In this document: one piece after another, positions 36,990-47,207 of the stretch
Numbering within the stretch: position 1 is the stretch's first letter
How the letters are laid out: every line of letters starts with the position of its first letter
DNA from: Patescibacteria group bacterium
Lineage (GTDB): Bacteria > Patescibacteriota > Patescibacteriia > 2-01-FULL-39-33
Length of the DNA stretch: 64,000 nucleotides
Assembly: GCA_041649575.1 (NCBI GenBank)
Contig: JBAZMW010000005.1
Span: 38,734 to 102,733, forward strand
Reading direction: 5' to 3'
Made by a program: the position numbers and the translations under genes
The notes under the pieces: generated by a model
The model's database searches: none
The model's input: the letters and a program-made list of their open reading frames with translations, nothing else
Told to the model about the DNA's origin: nothing

Positions 36990-37486
36990 CGTCCGCCAAG
37001 GGGCGGAGATCTGGTCCATCCGGGTCTCCGCCACATTCTTTGTTTTCAAACGTCGCTCGGCAACGTTGGGTCTTCAATGGCTTACCGCTGTTGCGCGTCG
37101 CAAGGGGCGAGGATGGTCTTTGACTAATTCTCGCCATTCTACACTTGTCAAAGAGATTCTTTGGCAGATGTGGTCTTTATGAGGTAGCGTATTCTTCAGT
37201 TGAGCTCAGTCTAGCTCGGTACAGCTGAGCGCCGCAGCCATTTCCAAGGGGCGGGGGTTGGGCTTGCCCAAATCTCCGCCAACGCTTATCTTCTCGGCAA
37301 TGCTTGGCACAGTATCCCAGTGTTGTGCGTCGCTGAGTTAGCCAAGGGATGGGACTGGTCAAACGGTCTCATCAAGATTATTTTTCTGGGCACGTCTCAG
37401 TATTCAATGGCCCGCTGCTGTTGAGTAGTGCAGAGCCCCCAGTCCAAGGGGCGGGAATCCATCGTGGTTCCCGTCGATTTTTTTTA
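36990..37486 (+). repeat. Second block of the GC-hairpin repeat family (5 copies) downstream of the helicase, ending in a T-run
   Basis: Copies near 37000, 37105, 37248, 37342 (variant GATGGGAC/GTCTCATC) and 37448. All are preceded by CCAAGGGG. The last is followed by TTTTTTTT. Confidence 0.7.
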
Positions 37487-37540
37487 TTTAAAATTAATTG
37501 CTAAATTCTAGGTTTTAAGCTAAAATATTCGTAAATCCCC

Positions 37541-39247
37541 ATGTCTTACACCATAGAAAAAATCAAAAAGCAAATTATCGAACAGGTCTCTGGCGCCGTA
37601 GGCCAGAAAATCGATAAAAGCCAGCTGGAAGTGACGGTGCCGCCGGACGCCTCTTTAGGCGATTTGGCCGTGCCCTGTTTTTATCTGACCAAACTGCTGC
37701 GGCGTTCGCCCAACCAGATTGCCGACGAGCTGCAGGCCAGAATCCGTCCGACAGGACTGATCAAGTCGGTGCAAAATGTCGGGCCTTATTTGAATTTTTT
37801 TGTCAGTAGCGGAGTTTTTGGCAAGGAGGTTTTAAAAGAAATAGCCAGATTAAAAGATAAATACGGCCGCGGCAAATTAGGCGAAGAAAAAGTAATGATT
37901 GAGTTTTCCCAGCCCAATACCCACAAAGAATTTCATATCGGCCACGTGCGTAATGCGGTTTTGGGTGATAGTTTGGTGAAGCTTAATAAGTTCGCCGGAC
38001 GCAAAGTGGTGGCGGTCAATTATATTGGCGATATCGGCGCTCATGTGGCCAAGTGTTTGTGGGCGCTTAAAAAATTTCACCAGCAGGAAGAACCGCCAAA
38101 GAATAAAGGCAAATTTTTAGGTCAGATTTATACCGAAGCGGTGAGAAAAATAGAAAGCAATCCCCAGTTCAAGCGAGAGGCCGATGAGGTTTTGCAAAAA
38201 TTGGAGCGAGGCGACAAAAAGATGCTGGCTTTGTGGCAGAAAACCAGGAAGTGGAGTTTGGTGGAGTTTGAGGCGATTTACAAAACGCTGGGCATCAAGT
38301 TTGATCAAATTTTTTATGAGAGCGAGGTGGAGCAGCCGGGCAAAAAGATCGTTGAGAAGCTGCTAAAAGACGGCTTGGCCGAAAAATCGGAAGGTGCCGT
38401 AATTATCAATTTGGAAAAATACAATTTAAAAAATTTTTTACTGCTCAAATCCGACGGCTCATCGCTTTATTCCACCAAAGACCTGGCCTTGGCCGAGCTC
38501 AAATTCAAAAAATTCAAAATTGACAAAAGCGTGGTGGTAGTCGACAGCCGACAAACTTTTTATTTGCAGCAACTATTCAAAACCCTGGAAGTCATCGGCT
38601 TCAAAAAAAAGATGGAACATATCGCTTACGAGTTCGTCACCTTAAAGGATGGCGCCATGTCTTCGAGAGCGGGCAACGTGGTGTTGTTTGAAGATTTTTT
38701 TGAAGAAATGAAAGCTCTGGCCAAAAACGAAACCAAGAAAAGGCACGAGAATTGGCCGGCCAAAAAAATCAGCCAAGTGGCCCGACAGCTGACTTTATCG
38801 GCTGTTAAATTCAATATGCTGAAAATCAGCAACAGCAGCATCATTGTTTTTGACAAAAATGAAGCTTTGAGTTTTGAGGGCTTTACCGGCCCTTACCTGC
38901 AATACACTTTAAGCCGCATTGCCAGTTTGCTAAAAAAGAGCCAGACCGTTGTCGCCGCCAACATTGATTACAGTAAATTAAACAGTGACTTGGAAAAAGA
39001 AATTATTTTGAAGCTGGCGGAGCTGCCGGAGGTTATTAAGCGGGCGACAGCAACCAGCGAACCCAGCGAACTGGCCAAGTATTTATTTGATTTGTCCAGG
39101 CTGTTTTCTAATTTTTATCAGAGTTTGTCGATTTTGACCGCCGAAGAAAAAACCAAAAAAGCGCGATTGACGCTAGTGGTGGCGGTCAGGCAGGTTTTGG
39201 TTAACGGTTTGAATCTGTTGGGCCTGGAAGCACTGGAGCAAATGTAG
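37541..39247 (+). CDS. argS: Arginine--tRNA ligase
   Basis: HIGH motif HIGHVRNAVLGD, class I core, DALR anticodon-binding C-terminus ending in ..EQM. 568 aa. Confidence 0.9.
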   Translation: MSYTIEKIKKQIIEQVSGAVGQKIDKSQLEVTVPPDASLGDLAVPCFYLTKLLRRSPNQIADELQARIRPTGLIKSVQNVGPYLNFFVSSGVFGKEVLKEIARLKDKYGRGKLGEEKVMIEFSQPNTHKEFHIGHVRNAVLGDSLVKLNKFAGRKVVAVNYIGDIGAHVAKCLWALKKFHQQEEPPKNKGKFLGQIYTEAVRKIESNPQFKREADEVLQKLERGDKKMLALWQKTRKWSLVEFEAIYKTLGIKFDQIFYESEVEQPGKKIVEKLLKDGLAEKSEGAVIINLEKYNLKNFLLLKSDGSSLYSTKDLALAELKFKKFKIDKSVVVVDSRQTFYLQQLFKTLEVIGFKKKMEHIAYEFVTLKDGAMSSRAGNVVLFEDFFEEMKALAKNETKKRHENWPAKKISQVARQLTLSAVKFNMLKISNSSIIVFDKNEALSFEGFTGPYLQYTLSRIASLLKKSQTVVAANIDYSKLNSDLEKEIILKLAELPEVIKRATATSEPSELAKYLFDLSRLFSNFYQSLSILTAEEKTKKARLTLVVAVRQVLVNGLNLLGLEALEQM

Positions 39248-39345
39248 GAAAAATTTAAAACTAAAAGTTTAAAGCTCAAAAGGTAAAGTAGGTTAGAGGG
39301 AATGTTTTAAGTTTTTAGTTGTTTGTGCTATAATATAACTGCAAT

Positions 39346-39729
39346 ATGAATAGTAGCGACTATAAAATCTTATTAGTCGAAGACGAGCCGGAACTGGTCC
39401 AGTTGTTCAGTAACGCTCTGAAAAACGAGGGTTTTAAGATGGAGTTGGCCACTGACGGCCATATTGCTTTGAAAAAAATCGCCGAATTCAAGCCAGATTT
39501 AATGCTTTTGGATTTGGTAATTCCCCAGCTGGATGGTTTTCAGGTTTTGGAAAAAATTAAAAAAGAAAAACAGGACAAGAAGATGCTGGTCTATGTTTGG
39601 AGCAATCTGACCCAGGAGAGCGAAATCGGCCGTGCCAAGAAATTAGGCGCTAGCGGCTATCTAATCAAGTCGGATTATACGCCCACCAAACTAGTTGCCA
39701 AAATAAAAGAAATTTTACGGATTCAATAA
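39346..39729 (+). CDS. Single-domain response regulator (CheY-like receiver)
   Basis: KILLVEDEPEL.. and DLMLLDLVIPQLDGF (phospho-acceptor Asp). 127 aa. Extended -10 TGCTATAAT upstream. Confidence 0.8.
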   Translation: MNSSDYKILLVEDEPELVQLFSNALKNEGFKMELATDGHIALKKIAEFKPDLMLLDLVIPQLDGFQVLEKIKKEKQDKKMLVYVWSNLTQESEIGRAKKLGASGYLIKSDYTPTKLVAKIKEILRIQ

Positions 39730-39769
39730 AATATTAAATTGAAAATAGATAATTAATAAAGAAATTGTT

Positions 39770-39964
39770 ATGAAACCAGCAGTTAACGACAGTTGCATCG
39801 GTTGCGGCACTTGCGAAAGTATTTGCCCGGCAGTCTTTAAGGTGACCGAAAAGGATGGCCGAATGGTCGCCATAGTTTTGGAAGCCGACTTGGCGGCGGA
39901 AAAAGCCAAGATCGAGGAATCTATCAGTTCTTGTCCGGTGCAAGCCATTACTTTGGGAGAGTAA
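39770..39964 (+). CDS. Ferredoxin (single 4Fe-4S/3Fe-4S cluster)
   Basis: CIGCGTCESICP plus a distal CP motif. 64 aa. Confidence 0.7.
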   Translation: MKPAVNDSCIGCGTCESICPAVFKVTEKDGRMVAIVLEADLAAEKAKIEESISSCPVQAITLGE

Positions 39965-40073
39965 GGGAATTGTAAAAAAGGTGTCCGCGAGTCGGGCGTC
40001 TTTTTTGTTTAATTAAAAATTGACTAAAACAGCAGAAATTGTTAAGATAAGAGCAATTTTTAAATTAAAAATT

Positions 40074-43000
40074 ATGAACAATATAATTGCTGACAAAGAA
40101 AAAGAAATTCAAAAATTTTGGCAAGATAATCAAATTTTTGAAAAGTCATTGGCGCAAACCAAAAACGGCCAGCGTTACAGTTTTTATGATGGCCCGCCGT
40201 TTGCCACCGGCACCCCGCATTACGGGCACCTAGTGGCCAGTCTTATGAAAGACGTGGTGCCGCGGTTTTGGACGATGCGCGGGCATTATGTGGAGCGGCG
40301 TTGGGGCTGGGATTGCCACGGACTGCCGATAGAAAACATGGTGGAGAAAGAGCTGGGTTTTAAGAATAAAAAAGACATTGTCGAATATGGCATTGCCAAC
40401 TTCAACGAGTACTGCCGCAGCAAAGTTTTGACGTATGTGGCGGAATGGAAAAAAACCATCAAACGATTCGGCCGCTGGGCAGACATGGAAAACCCCTACA
40501 AGACCATGGACGTGGATTATATGGAAAGTATTTGGTGGGTTTTCAGACAGTTGTGGGACAAAGGCTTAATTTATGAGGGCTACCGCTCAATGCATATTTG
40601 TCCCAGGTGCGAAACGACTCTAAGTCAGTCGGAAGTGAGTGAGGGCTATCGCGACGTTGAAGATCTTTCCGTCACTTGGAAATTCAAAGTGCTCCCACCC
40701 CCCCATTCCCCCCCTCGGGCAGAGGGGGAAGATATTCCCACCTATTTATTGGCCTGGACAACAGTGCCTTGGAGCACCCTGAGCACCATGGGCCTGGCCA
40801 TTGGCGCTGATTTTGATTATGTCAAAGCTAAAGTAAAAAACGAACACCTTATTTTTATCAAAGATAAACTGGAAGAAGTAATGGCCGGTGTTAGCAATTA
40901 TGAAATTATTGAAGAGTTTAAGGGCAGCAAGATGATTGGCTGGGAATATGAGCCGGTCAGCGATATTTTCAAAAATTTGCCGGAAGTGAAAAATAAAAAA
41001 AATGCCTATCATGTTTTTGCCGCCGATTATGTGGAAGCGACCGAGGGCACGGGCATCGTGACGATTAACGGCTCATATGGCGAGGTGGATTTGCTCTCCG
41101 CCCAGCAAAATGATTTGCCGGTACTGATGGATGTGAAGCTGGATGGCAGGTTTGCCGATTTTGCCGGTGCTTATGCCGGCCTGGATGTCAAAGACGCCCA
41201 GGTCAAGTTTGTGGCTGATATGGAAAAGAAGGGTTTGGTTTGGAGCAGTGAGAAATACACCCATTCCTATCCCCATTGCTGGCGCTGTGATACCCCGCTT
41301 TTAAATTATTCGACTTCCTCCTGGTTTGTCAAAGTGACAAAAATCAAAAACCAGGCGCTGGCTTTGGCCAAACAGATCAATTGGTCGCCAGCGCATATCA
41401 AGGAAGGCCGTTTTGGCAAGTGGCTCGAAGGCGCACGCGACTGGTCGATTAGTCGTCAGCGGTTTTGGGCGAGCGTGATTCCGATTTGGAAATGCGTTTG
41501 TGGCGAGATGAAGGTCTTGGGTTCGGTCGACGAGTTATATAAAAGCTCTAGCGATAACCCCCCGCAGATTACTAAGGTTATTTTTGTCAGGCACGGTGAA
41601 GCCGAAAACAATATTAGCCATATTAATTCCAACTCCTTGGATAAATATCCATTAACCAAAAAGGGCGCTGGACAAGTAAGTGAATCGGCGGCAAAAATAA
41701 AAGAAATTTTGGCAGAATCTTCGACAAAAGCCGTAATTTTCAGTTCTCCTGTCTTAAGAACTAAAGAAAGCGCGGAAATAATTTCTCATTATTTGGGATT
41801 GAAATATGAATTATCCGACGAAATTAAAGAGGTTGATTTTGGTATCGTGGAAGGAAAACAACTGGATGAATTAATGGATGAATATAATCCTTTGCCGGCG
41901 GATAAAAAGTGGAATTTTAAAAATGGTCAAACCGGAGAATCTCAAAAAGATATACAAGAACGGATGTATAAATGGTTCAAAAAAGTTTTAGAGGAAAATA
42001 AAAACAAAATAATAATCATAATTTCTCATGGCGACCCCCTTATGGCGTTGATAAATAAGATTAAAGGCAAGACAATAGAGGAACATGTTTTATCTTTAGA
42101 GAGCGATTCATATATTCAAAAAGGAGAAGTCAGAGTTGCTTATGTTATGAATGAAACTAAATTGGAAATAGATTTACATAAGCACAGCATCGATAGGGTG
42201 GTTTTAAAATGCGAGAAGTGCGGAAACGAGATGAGTCGTATTCCCGATGTTTTGGACACCTGGTTTGATAGCGGCTCTATGCCTTATGCGCAGCAGCACT
42301 ATCCGTTTGCCAATAAGGAAAAATTTGAAGCCGGCTTTCCGGCGCAGTTCATTGCCGAAGGCGTGGATCAGTGTCGCGCTTGGTTTTACTATCTGCACGT
42401 CAACGCCGCCGCCATTACAAACAAAATCGCCTACGAAAACGTCATTGCCAACGGTATTGTACTCGCCCAGGACGGTCGCAAAATGAGTAAAAAATTACAA
42501 AACTATCCGGAGCCAGAAGCGTTGATGGAAAAGTATGGCGCCGATGCCCTGCGTTTTTATTTATTATCCGCGCCGGTGATGGCGGCCGAGAATTTGAATT
42601 TCTCCGAAGCCGGAGTAAAAGAAGCGATGCAGAAAGTGGTGATGCTTTTAAATAACATTTTGAATTTTTATAAGTTGTATGCTGATGTCATCCCGACTGA
42701 AGCTGTGGGTCGAGTGGAAGGATCCCTTAGAAAAGAAAGGGATTCCTCCGTTACTTCGCCAGCTGGCGACTCCGGTCGGAATGACAATGTGCTGGATCAG
42801 TGGCTCTTGGCCAAATTAAATTTATTAATTAAAGAGGTGGCTGGAGCGATGGAGGCGTATGACCTGCCGCGGGCGGTGCGTCCGATCGCCGGATTTATAG
42901 ATGAATTTTCCACTTGGTGGCTAAGGCGTTCGCGTGACAGATTTAAGGGGGCAGACGAAAAAGATAAACAGCAAGCCCTGGCTGTTTTTGGGCATACGCT

Positions 43001-43670
43001 TTTAGAATTATCAAAAGTGATGGCGCCGTTTACTCCGTTTATCGCCGAGCAGGTTTATAAGGAAGTGGGCCCGTCCAGCCAGGGTGGCCGGGCAAGCGGT
43101 GAGCAGGAATCAGTGCATTTAGAAAAATGGCCTGAAGAATCAGAAATATTAATTAAGGAAGAGGTTATTAAACAAATGGAACAGGTGAGAAAAATCGTAG
43201 AATTAGGCTTGGCCAAACGGGCCGAAGCGGGAATTAAGATTCGGCAGCCGCTCGGAAACTTTCAATTTTCAATTTTCAATTTTCAAAATAACGCCGACCA
43301 GTATTTAAAAATTATCGCCGACGAACTTAATGTAAAAAAAGTTGTTTATAACAAAAATCTCGGCCAAGAAATAGAGTTAGACACGGAGATTACCAAGGAG
43401 CTGAAGCTGGAGGGCGTGGCGCGAGAATTGGTTCGCACTATTAATAATTTGCGCAGAGAGGCCGGGCTGACAATTCAAGATCAGATTAAAATTGACTGGC
43501 AATCGGAGGGCGAAACAATCAGGCAGGTTTTTGCGGTTGAAAGTTTAGTCGAGGAGTTGAAAAGGGCAACGATTACCAAGGAATTTTTAGACAAGGACAA
43601 CCAGGGCCAAGTGGCGGAAATCAATGGTGAAAAAATTAAGCTGGAAATAAACAGGACCATACCTTCTTAA
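40074..43670 (+). CDS. ileS: Isoleucine--tRNA ligase with an inserted histidine-phosphatase (PGAM-like) domain
   Basis: HIGH (PHYGHL) and KMSKKLQNYP motifs. About 230 extra residues between the two halves of the zinc knuckle (WKCVCGE ... KCEKCGNEM) carry RHGEAENN, SSPVLRTKESAE, EVDFGIVEG and ISHGDPL. Start placed at MNNIIADKEKE. Confidence 0.9.
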   Translation: MNNIIADKEKEIQKFWQDNQIFEKSLAQTKNGQRYSFYDGPPFATGTPHYGHLVASLMKDVVPRFWTMRGHYVERRWGWDCHGLPIENMVEKELGFKNKKDIVEYGIANFNEYCRSKVLTYVAEWKKTIKRFGRWADMENPYKTMDVDYMESIWWVFRQLWDKGLIYEGYRSMHICPRCETTLSQSEVSEGYRDVEDLSVTWKFKVLPPPHSPPRAEGEDIPTYLLAWTTVPWSTLSTMGLAIGADFDYVKAKVKNEHLIFIKDKLEEVMAGVSNYEIIEEFKGSKMIGWEYEPVSDIFKNLPEVKNKKNAYHVFAADYVEATEGTGIVTINGSYGEVDLLSAQQNDLPVLMDVKLDGRFADFAGAYAGLDVKDAQVKFVADMEKKGLVWSSEKYTHSYPHCWRCDTPLLNYSTSSWFVKVTKIKNQALALAKQINWSPAHIKEGRFGKWLEGARDWSISRQRFWASVIPIWKCVCGEMKVLGSVDELYKSSSDNPPQITKVIFVRHGEAENNISHINSNSLDKYPLTKKGAGQVSESAAKIKEILAESSTKAVIFSSPVLRTKESAEIISHYLGLKYELSDEIKEVDFGIVEGKQLDELMDEYNPLPADKKWNFKNGQTGESQKDIQERMYKWFKKVLEENKNKIIIIISHGDPLMALINKIKGKTIEEHVLSLESDSYIQKGEVRVAYVMNETKLEIDLHKHSIDRVVLKCEKCGNEMSRIPDVLDTWFDSGSMPYAQQHYPFANKEKFEAGFPAQFIAEGVDQCRAWFYYLHVNAAAITNKIAYENVIANGIVLAQDGRKMSKKLQNYPEPEALMEKYGADALRFYLLSAPVMAAENLNFSEAGVKEAMQKVVMLLNNILNFYKLYADVIPTEAVGRVEGSLRKERDSSVTSPAGDSGRNDNVLDQWLLAKLNLLIKEVAGAMEAYDLPRAVRPIAGFIDEFSTWWLRRSRDRFKGADEKDKQQALAVFGHTLLELSKVMAPFTPFIAEQVYKEVGPSSQGGRASGEQESVHLEKWPEESEILIKEEVIKQMEQVRKIVELGLAKRAEAGIKIRQPLGNFQFSIFNFQNNADQYLKIIADELNVKKVVYNKNLGQEIELDTEITKELKLEGVARELVRTINNLRREAGLTIQDQIKIDWQSEGETIRQVFAVESLVEELKRATITKEFLDKDNQGQVAEINGEKIKLEINRTIPS

Positions 43671-43733
43671 GCTTAAATAAAAAAGACGAGCCCGATCCTT
43701 GCGTCTCGGGCTCTAACCTGCCGGTAGCAGTCC

Positions 43734-43862
43734 CTTATTCTTCGGGGCTGCTCCCATCGTCTTCTTCATCGCCAGTCCGCTCGCCTCTGGCGCCCACTAG
43801 ATGGGCTACCATTGGTGCTTGCAGGACTGCCTGAAGGTGTTCTGGCAGAATTTCTGTCGGCA
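43734..43862 (-). CDS. Candidate small acidic protein (42 aa), GC-rich
   Basis: MPTEILPEHLQAVLQAPMVAHLVGARGERTGDEEDDGSSPEE. A strong SD AAGGAG lies 7 nt upstream of the ATG. Below the ORF-track size cutoff. Confidence 0.25.
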
Positions 43863-43971
43863 TGCTTTTCTCCTTGTATCAGCCAATGTGCGTAGGGTTT
43901 ATTATATGTTATAAAGCTTCTTTCGTCAAGCTTTCTAGAATTTTTACTATTTTTATGTATAATAAAGGTAT

Positions 43972-44550
43972 ATGATCGCTTATCTCAAGGGCCAAATTTA
44001 TCATAAGTCCAGTTTTTTAAAAAAGGACAATTTTGTTGTTGTCAGTGTCGGCGGGGTGGGCTATAAAGTTTTTATTTTAAACAGGGAGGCGGAACATTTC
44101 AGTGTTAATGAGGAAGTGGAATTTCATGTTTACACTCAAGTGGCCGAGGGAGTGTTGGATTTGTATGGCTTTGTTTCCCGCGAAGAACTGGAGTTTTTTG
44201 AAGTGTTGATTTCTATTTCCGGCATCGGGCCGCGAAGCGCCCTGGGAATTTTACAAAAAGCCAAACTTGATGATTTGAAAAAAGCGGCGCAATCGGGCAA
44301 TGCCGAAGTGCTCAATAAAATTTCCGGCATCGGGCCCAAAACTGCGCAAAAAATAGTTATTGGACTGAAAGACAAGCTGGCCGACAGCGATGGTGGCGGC
44401 GAGTGGGACGCACGGTTCGGCGACGCTTTGGAAGCGCTCATAGGGCTGGGTTACTCTGCCAGTCAGGCACGAGAAGCGCTGAATTTGTGTCAGTCGCAAG
44501 AGATGACGGAAAAAGTCAAAGAGGCTTTAAAAATTCTAAGTCAAAAATAG
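43972..44550 (+). CDS. ruvA: Holliday junction DNA helicase subunit RuvA
   Basis: MIAYLKGQI N-terminus, OB domain, two HhH motifs (ISGIGPRSALGIL, ISGIGPKTAQKIV), C-terminal domain III. Confidence 0.85.
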   Translation: MIAYLKGQIYHKSSFLKKDNFVVVSVGGVGYKVFILNREAEHFSVNEEVEFHVYTQVAEGVLDLYGFVSREELEFFEVLISISGIGPRSALGILQKAKLDDLKKAAQSGNAEVLNKISGIGPKTAQKIVIGLKDKLADSDGGGEWDARFGDALEALIGLGYSASQAREALNLCQSQEMTEKVKEALKILSQK

Positions 44551-44566
44551 ATCAAAAAATAAAAAC

Positions 44567-44594
44567 AGACCGCCAGTTGGCGGCCTGTTTTTAG
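44567..44594. terminator. Bidirectional terminator between ruvA and typA
   Basis: AAAAACAGACCGCCA-GT-TGGCGGCCTGTTTTT. Confidence 0.5.
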
Positions 44595-44602
44595 CTAAAA
44601 AG

Positions 44603-46390
44603 TTAAGAAGCTTTTCGGGCCTGTCTTAGTCTGTCTATTTCGGTCAGCAGTTGTTTGCGCAGGCGGATGCTCTGGGGAGTGATTTCTAAATATTCATCCT
44701 CGGCCATGGTTTCCAGCCCTCTTTCCAGGGTCAGCTGCCAAGGCGGAGTCAGCTTGATAGTTTCATCCGAGCCGGAGGCACGCATATTGGTTAGGTTTTT
44801 ACCCTTAATGGGATTGACGGTTAAATCGTTGCCTTTGGCCACGTTGCCAATAACTTGTCCCTCATAGAGATTCTCTCCCGGACCGATATAAAGCCAGCCG
44901 CGATTTTGCAGATTTTCCAAAGCATAGGCGGCGGCTTTGCCGCTGGACAGGGAAACCATCGAACCAACATCACGCTTATCGATGTTGCCAGCATAGGGCT
45001 TAAAGCCGATGAAGCGCGAGCAAAGAATGCCCTCGCCCCTGGTGTCGATGGTAAATTCGCCACGATAACCCAAAAGTCCGCGAGTCGGGATGTTAAAAAT
45101 AATTTGATTCTGATTGTTGGTTTGTTTCATTTCCAAAATATTGGCGCGGCGTTTGGAGAGTTTTTCAATTACTACCCCGGCATAATCGCCAGGGACGCTA
45201 ATGGTCACTTCTTCGTAAGGCTCTAGTTTTTGCCCGTCGGTTTCTTTGATAATTACCTGTGGTTGGGAGATTTGCAGCTCAAAACCCTCGCGGCGCATGT
45301 TCTCTATCAGAATGGCGATATGCAATTCGCCGCGGCCGTAGACTTTGTAGAATTCCGAAGCGGAAAAATCAACCTTTAGACCGACGTTAACCTCCAGTTC
45401 TTTAAGCAGACGTTCTTTAATTTGTTTGCTGGTGACCAGCTTACCTTCGCGGCCGCCGAACGGCGAGTTATTGACCAAAAAATTCAGACAGATGGTCGGC
45501 TCGTCAATGGAAATCGCCGGCAACGGCTCCTGGTCGGCGAAAGAACAGACGGTTTCCCCGATATAAATATCGGGCAGCCCCGCAATAATTATAATATCGC
45601 CGGCAGTGGCGCTCTGCGCCTCTTCTCTTTTTAGGCCGTTGAAAGTAAAAAGTTTGGTGATTTTTCCGCTGCGGGTTTCGCCGTTGGCTTTTTTTATTAT
45701 CACATTGTCGCCGGTTCCAACCAGGCCTTCATAAATACGGCCAATAGCCAGACGCCCCAAAAAATCATCATAAGCCAGATTGAAAGGTTGGAGCCGCAGG
45801 GGCTTGGCGGTGTCGGAAAGGGCGGGAGCGACTTTGGCAATAATTGTCTCCAGTAGCGGCGTTAAATCATTTGAGCGGTCGTCTAGGTTTAATTTGGCGA
45901 CTCCTTCACGGGCCACCGTATAAACCACCGGAAAATCCAATTGTTCATCACTGGCTCCCAAATCCAAAAATAACTCATAGACTTCTTCTTGCACTATTTC
46001 CGGCCGGGCGGCGGTTTTGTCGATTTTATTGATCACCACTATCGGTTCGAGTCCCAATTCCAGTGATTTTTTTAGAACAAAACGGGTTTGAGGCATGGGG
46101 CCTTCCTGGGCGTCAACCACCAAAATGACCGAGTCGATTGAGCGCAATACCCGCTCCACTTCCGAACCAAAATCAGCGTGTCCGGGAGTATCGACGATGT
46201 TGATTTTGGTGTTTTTATAGAATAAAGAAGCGTTTTTTGAATAAATAGTTATGCCACGTTCTTTTTCCAAGGCATTGGTGTCCATGCTAAAATCAGCCGT
46301 CACCATGCCGGTTTGTTTAAGCAACTGATCGGTTAAAGCGGTTTTGCCATGATCGACGTGAGCGATGATGGCGATATTTCTGATTTCCAT
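44603..46390 (-). CDS. typA: Translational GTPase TypA/BipA
   Basis: [20 protein letters not shown]1 motif. EF-G-like domain layout without domain IV. 595 aa. Confidence 0.9.
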   Translation of the reverse strand: MEIRNIAIIAHVDHGKTALTDQLLKQTGMVTADFSMDTNALEKERGITIYSKNASLFYKNTKINIVDTPGHADFGSEVERVLRSIDSVILVVDAQEGPMPQTRFVLKKSLELGLEPIVVINKIDKTAARPEIVQEEVYELFLDLGASDEQLDFPVVYTVAREGVAKLNLDDRSNDLTPLLETIIAKVAPALSDTAKPLRLQPFNLAYDDFLGRLAIGRIYEGLVGTGDNVIIKKANGETRSGKITKLFTFNGLKREEAQSATAGDIIIIAGLPDIYIGETVCSFADQEPLPAISIDEPTICLNFLVNNSPFGGREGKLVTSKQIKERLLKELEVNVGLKVDFSASEFYKVYGRGELHIAILIENMRREGFELQISQPQVIIKETDGQKLEPYEEVTISVPGDYAGVVIEKLSKRRANILEMKQTNNQNQIIFNIPTRGLLGYRGEFTIDTRGEGILCSRFIGFKPYAGNIDKRDVGSMVSLSSGKAAAYALENLQNRGWLYIGPGENLYEGQVIGNVAKGNDLTVNPIKGKNLTNMRASGSDETIKLTPPWQLTLERGLETMAEDEYLEITPQSIRLRKQLLTEIDRLRQARKAS

Positions 46391-46506
46391 GAATTTTTAA
46401 AAATAAATCGTCTGAGTAGAAACTCTAACACATTTTTTGTTTTTAGTCAAAATAAAAAAGCCAACATAGCTTTAAAAGATGGTTGATTATTAATTTTTTA
46501 CGGAGA

Positions 46507-47145
46507 TTATTTTTTACTAGGCAGTTTGCGTCTTAGTAATTCGACCAATATAGGGACTAAGGAAATGACTATAATTGCCATGATAGCCAGACTGAAGTTT
46601 TCTTTCACCCAACTAATATTGCCGAAGAAATAGCCGGTTAAAAAGAAGAGGAGTACCCAAATAATCCCCCCAAAAATATTATAAGCTAAAAATTTGGGAT
46701 ACTTCATCTTGCCCATGCCGGCGACAAAAGGAGCAAAAGTCCTGATAATAGGAATGAACCGGGCAAGGATAATTGTTTTGGCACCGTGCTTTTCATAAAA
46801 ATTTTCAGCCCTTTTCAGATTACCCTGGTTAAAGAACCAGCTGTTTTCTCGGGTAAAAAGCTTCCTGCCGAATTTTTTCCCCAGCCAGTAATTGACGGAA
46901 TCGCCCAAAACTGCCGCCAAGCAGAAAATAAGAAGAGTCAGATAAAAGTGAAGCAAACCGATAGCGGCAAAAGTTCCAGCCGCGAACAATAAAGAATCGC
47001 CGGGCAGAAAGGGCATAACAACCAATCCGGTCTCCACAAAAATAATCAGAAATAACAAAGAATAAATCAAAGAGCCATAGGTGTTAATTATTAATCCCAG
47101 GTACTCGTCGATGTGTAAAATGATTTCTAGCAGTTGAATAAACAT
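46507..47145 (-). CDS. DedA/SNARE-associated family membrane protein
   Basis: VMPFLPGDSLLFAAG signature. 212 aa with multiple TM helices. Confidence 0.7.
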   Translation of the reverse strand: MFIQLLEIILHIDEYLGLIINTYGSLIYSLLFLIIFVETGLVVMPFLPGDSLLFAAGTFAAIGLLHFYLTLLIFCLAAVLGDSVNYWLGKKFGRKLFTRENSWFFNQGNLKRAENFYEKHGAKTIILARFIPIIRTFAPFVAGMGKMKYPKFLAYNIFGGIIWVLLFFLTGYFFGNISWVKENFSLAIMAIIVISLVPILVELLRRKLPSKK

Positions 47146-47207
47146 AAAAATATTATAACCTCTGGCTGTTTTTCTGGCAATTGTCAGAAAAATAAGGAAG
47201 TGATAAG

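Noticed and set aside
32950-37486. Hairpin repeat region as a CRISPR array
   Set aside because: Units are not identical direct repeats separated by unique spacers. The conserved part is a palindromic stem with variable loop and variable spacing of about 100-300 nt. No cas1/cas2/cas6 or effector genes are present. The DinG-like helicase is only reminiscent of type IV systems.
41540-42205. IleRS insertion as an intein
   Set aside because: No Cys/Ser at the N-terminal splice junction and no His-Asn plus nucleophile at the C-terminal junction. Instead the insert has a full histidine-phosphatase motif set.
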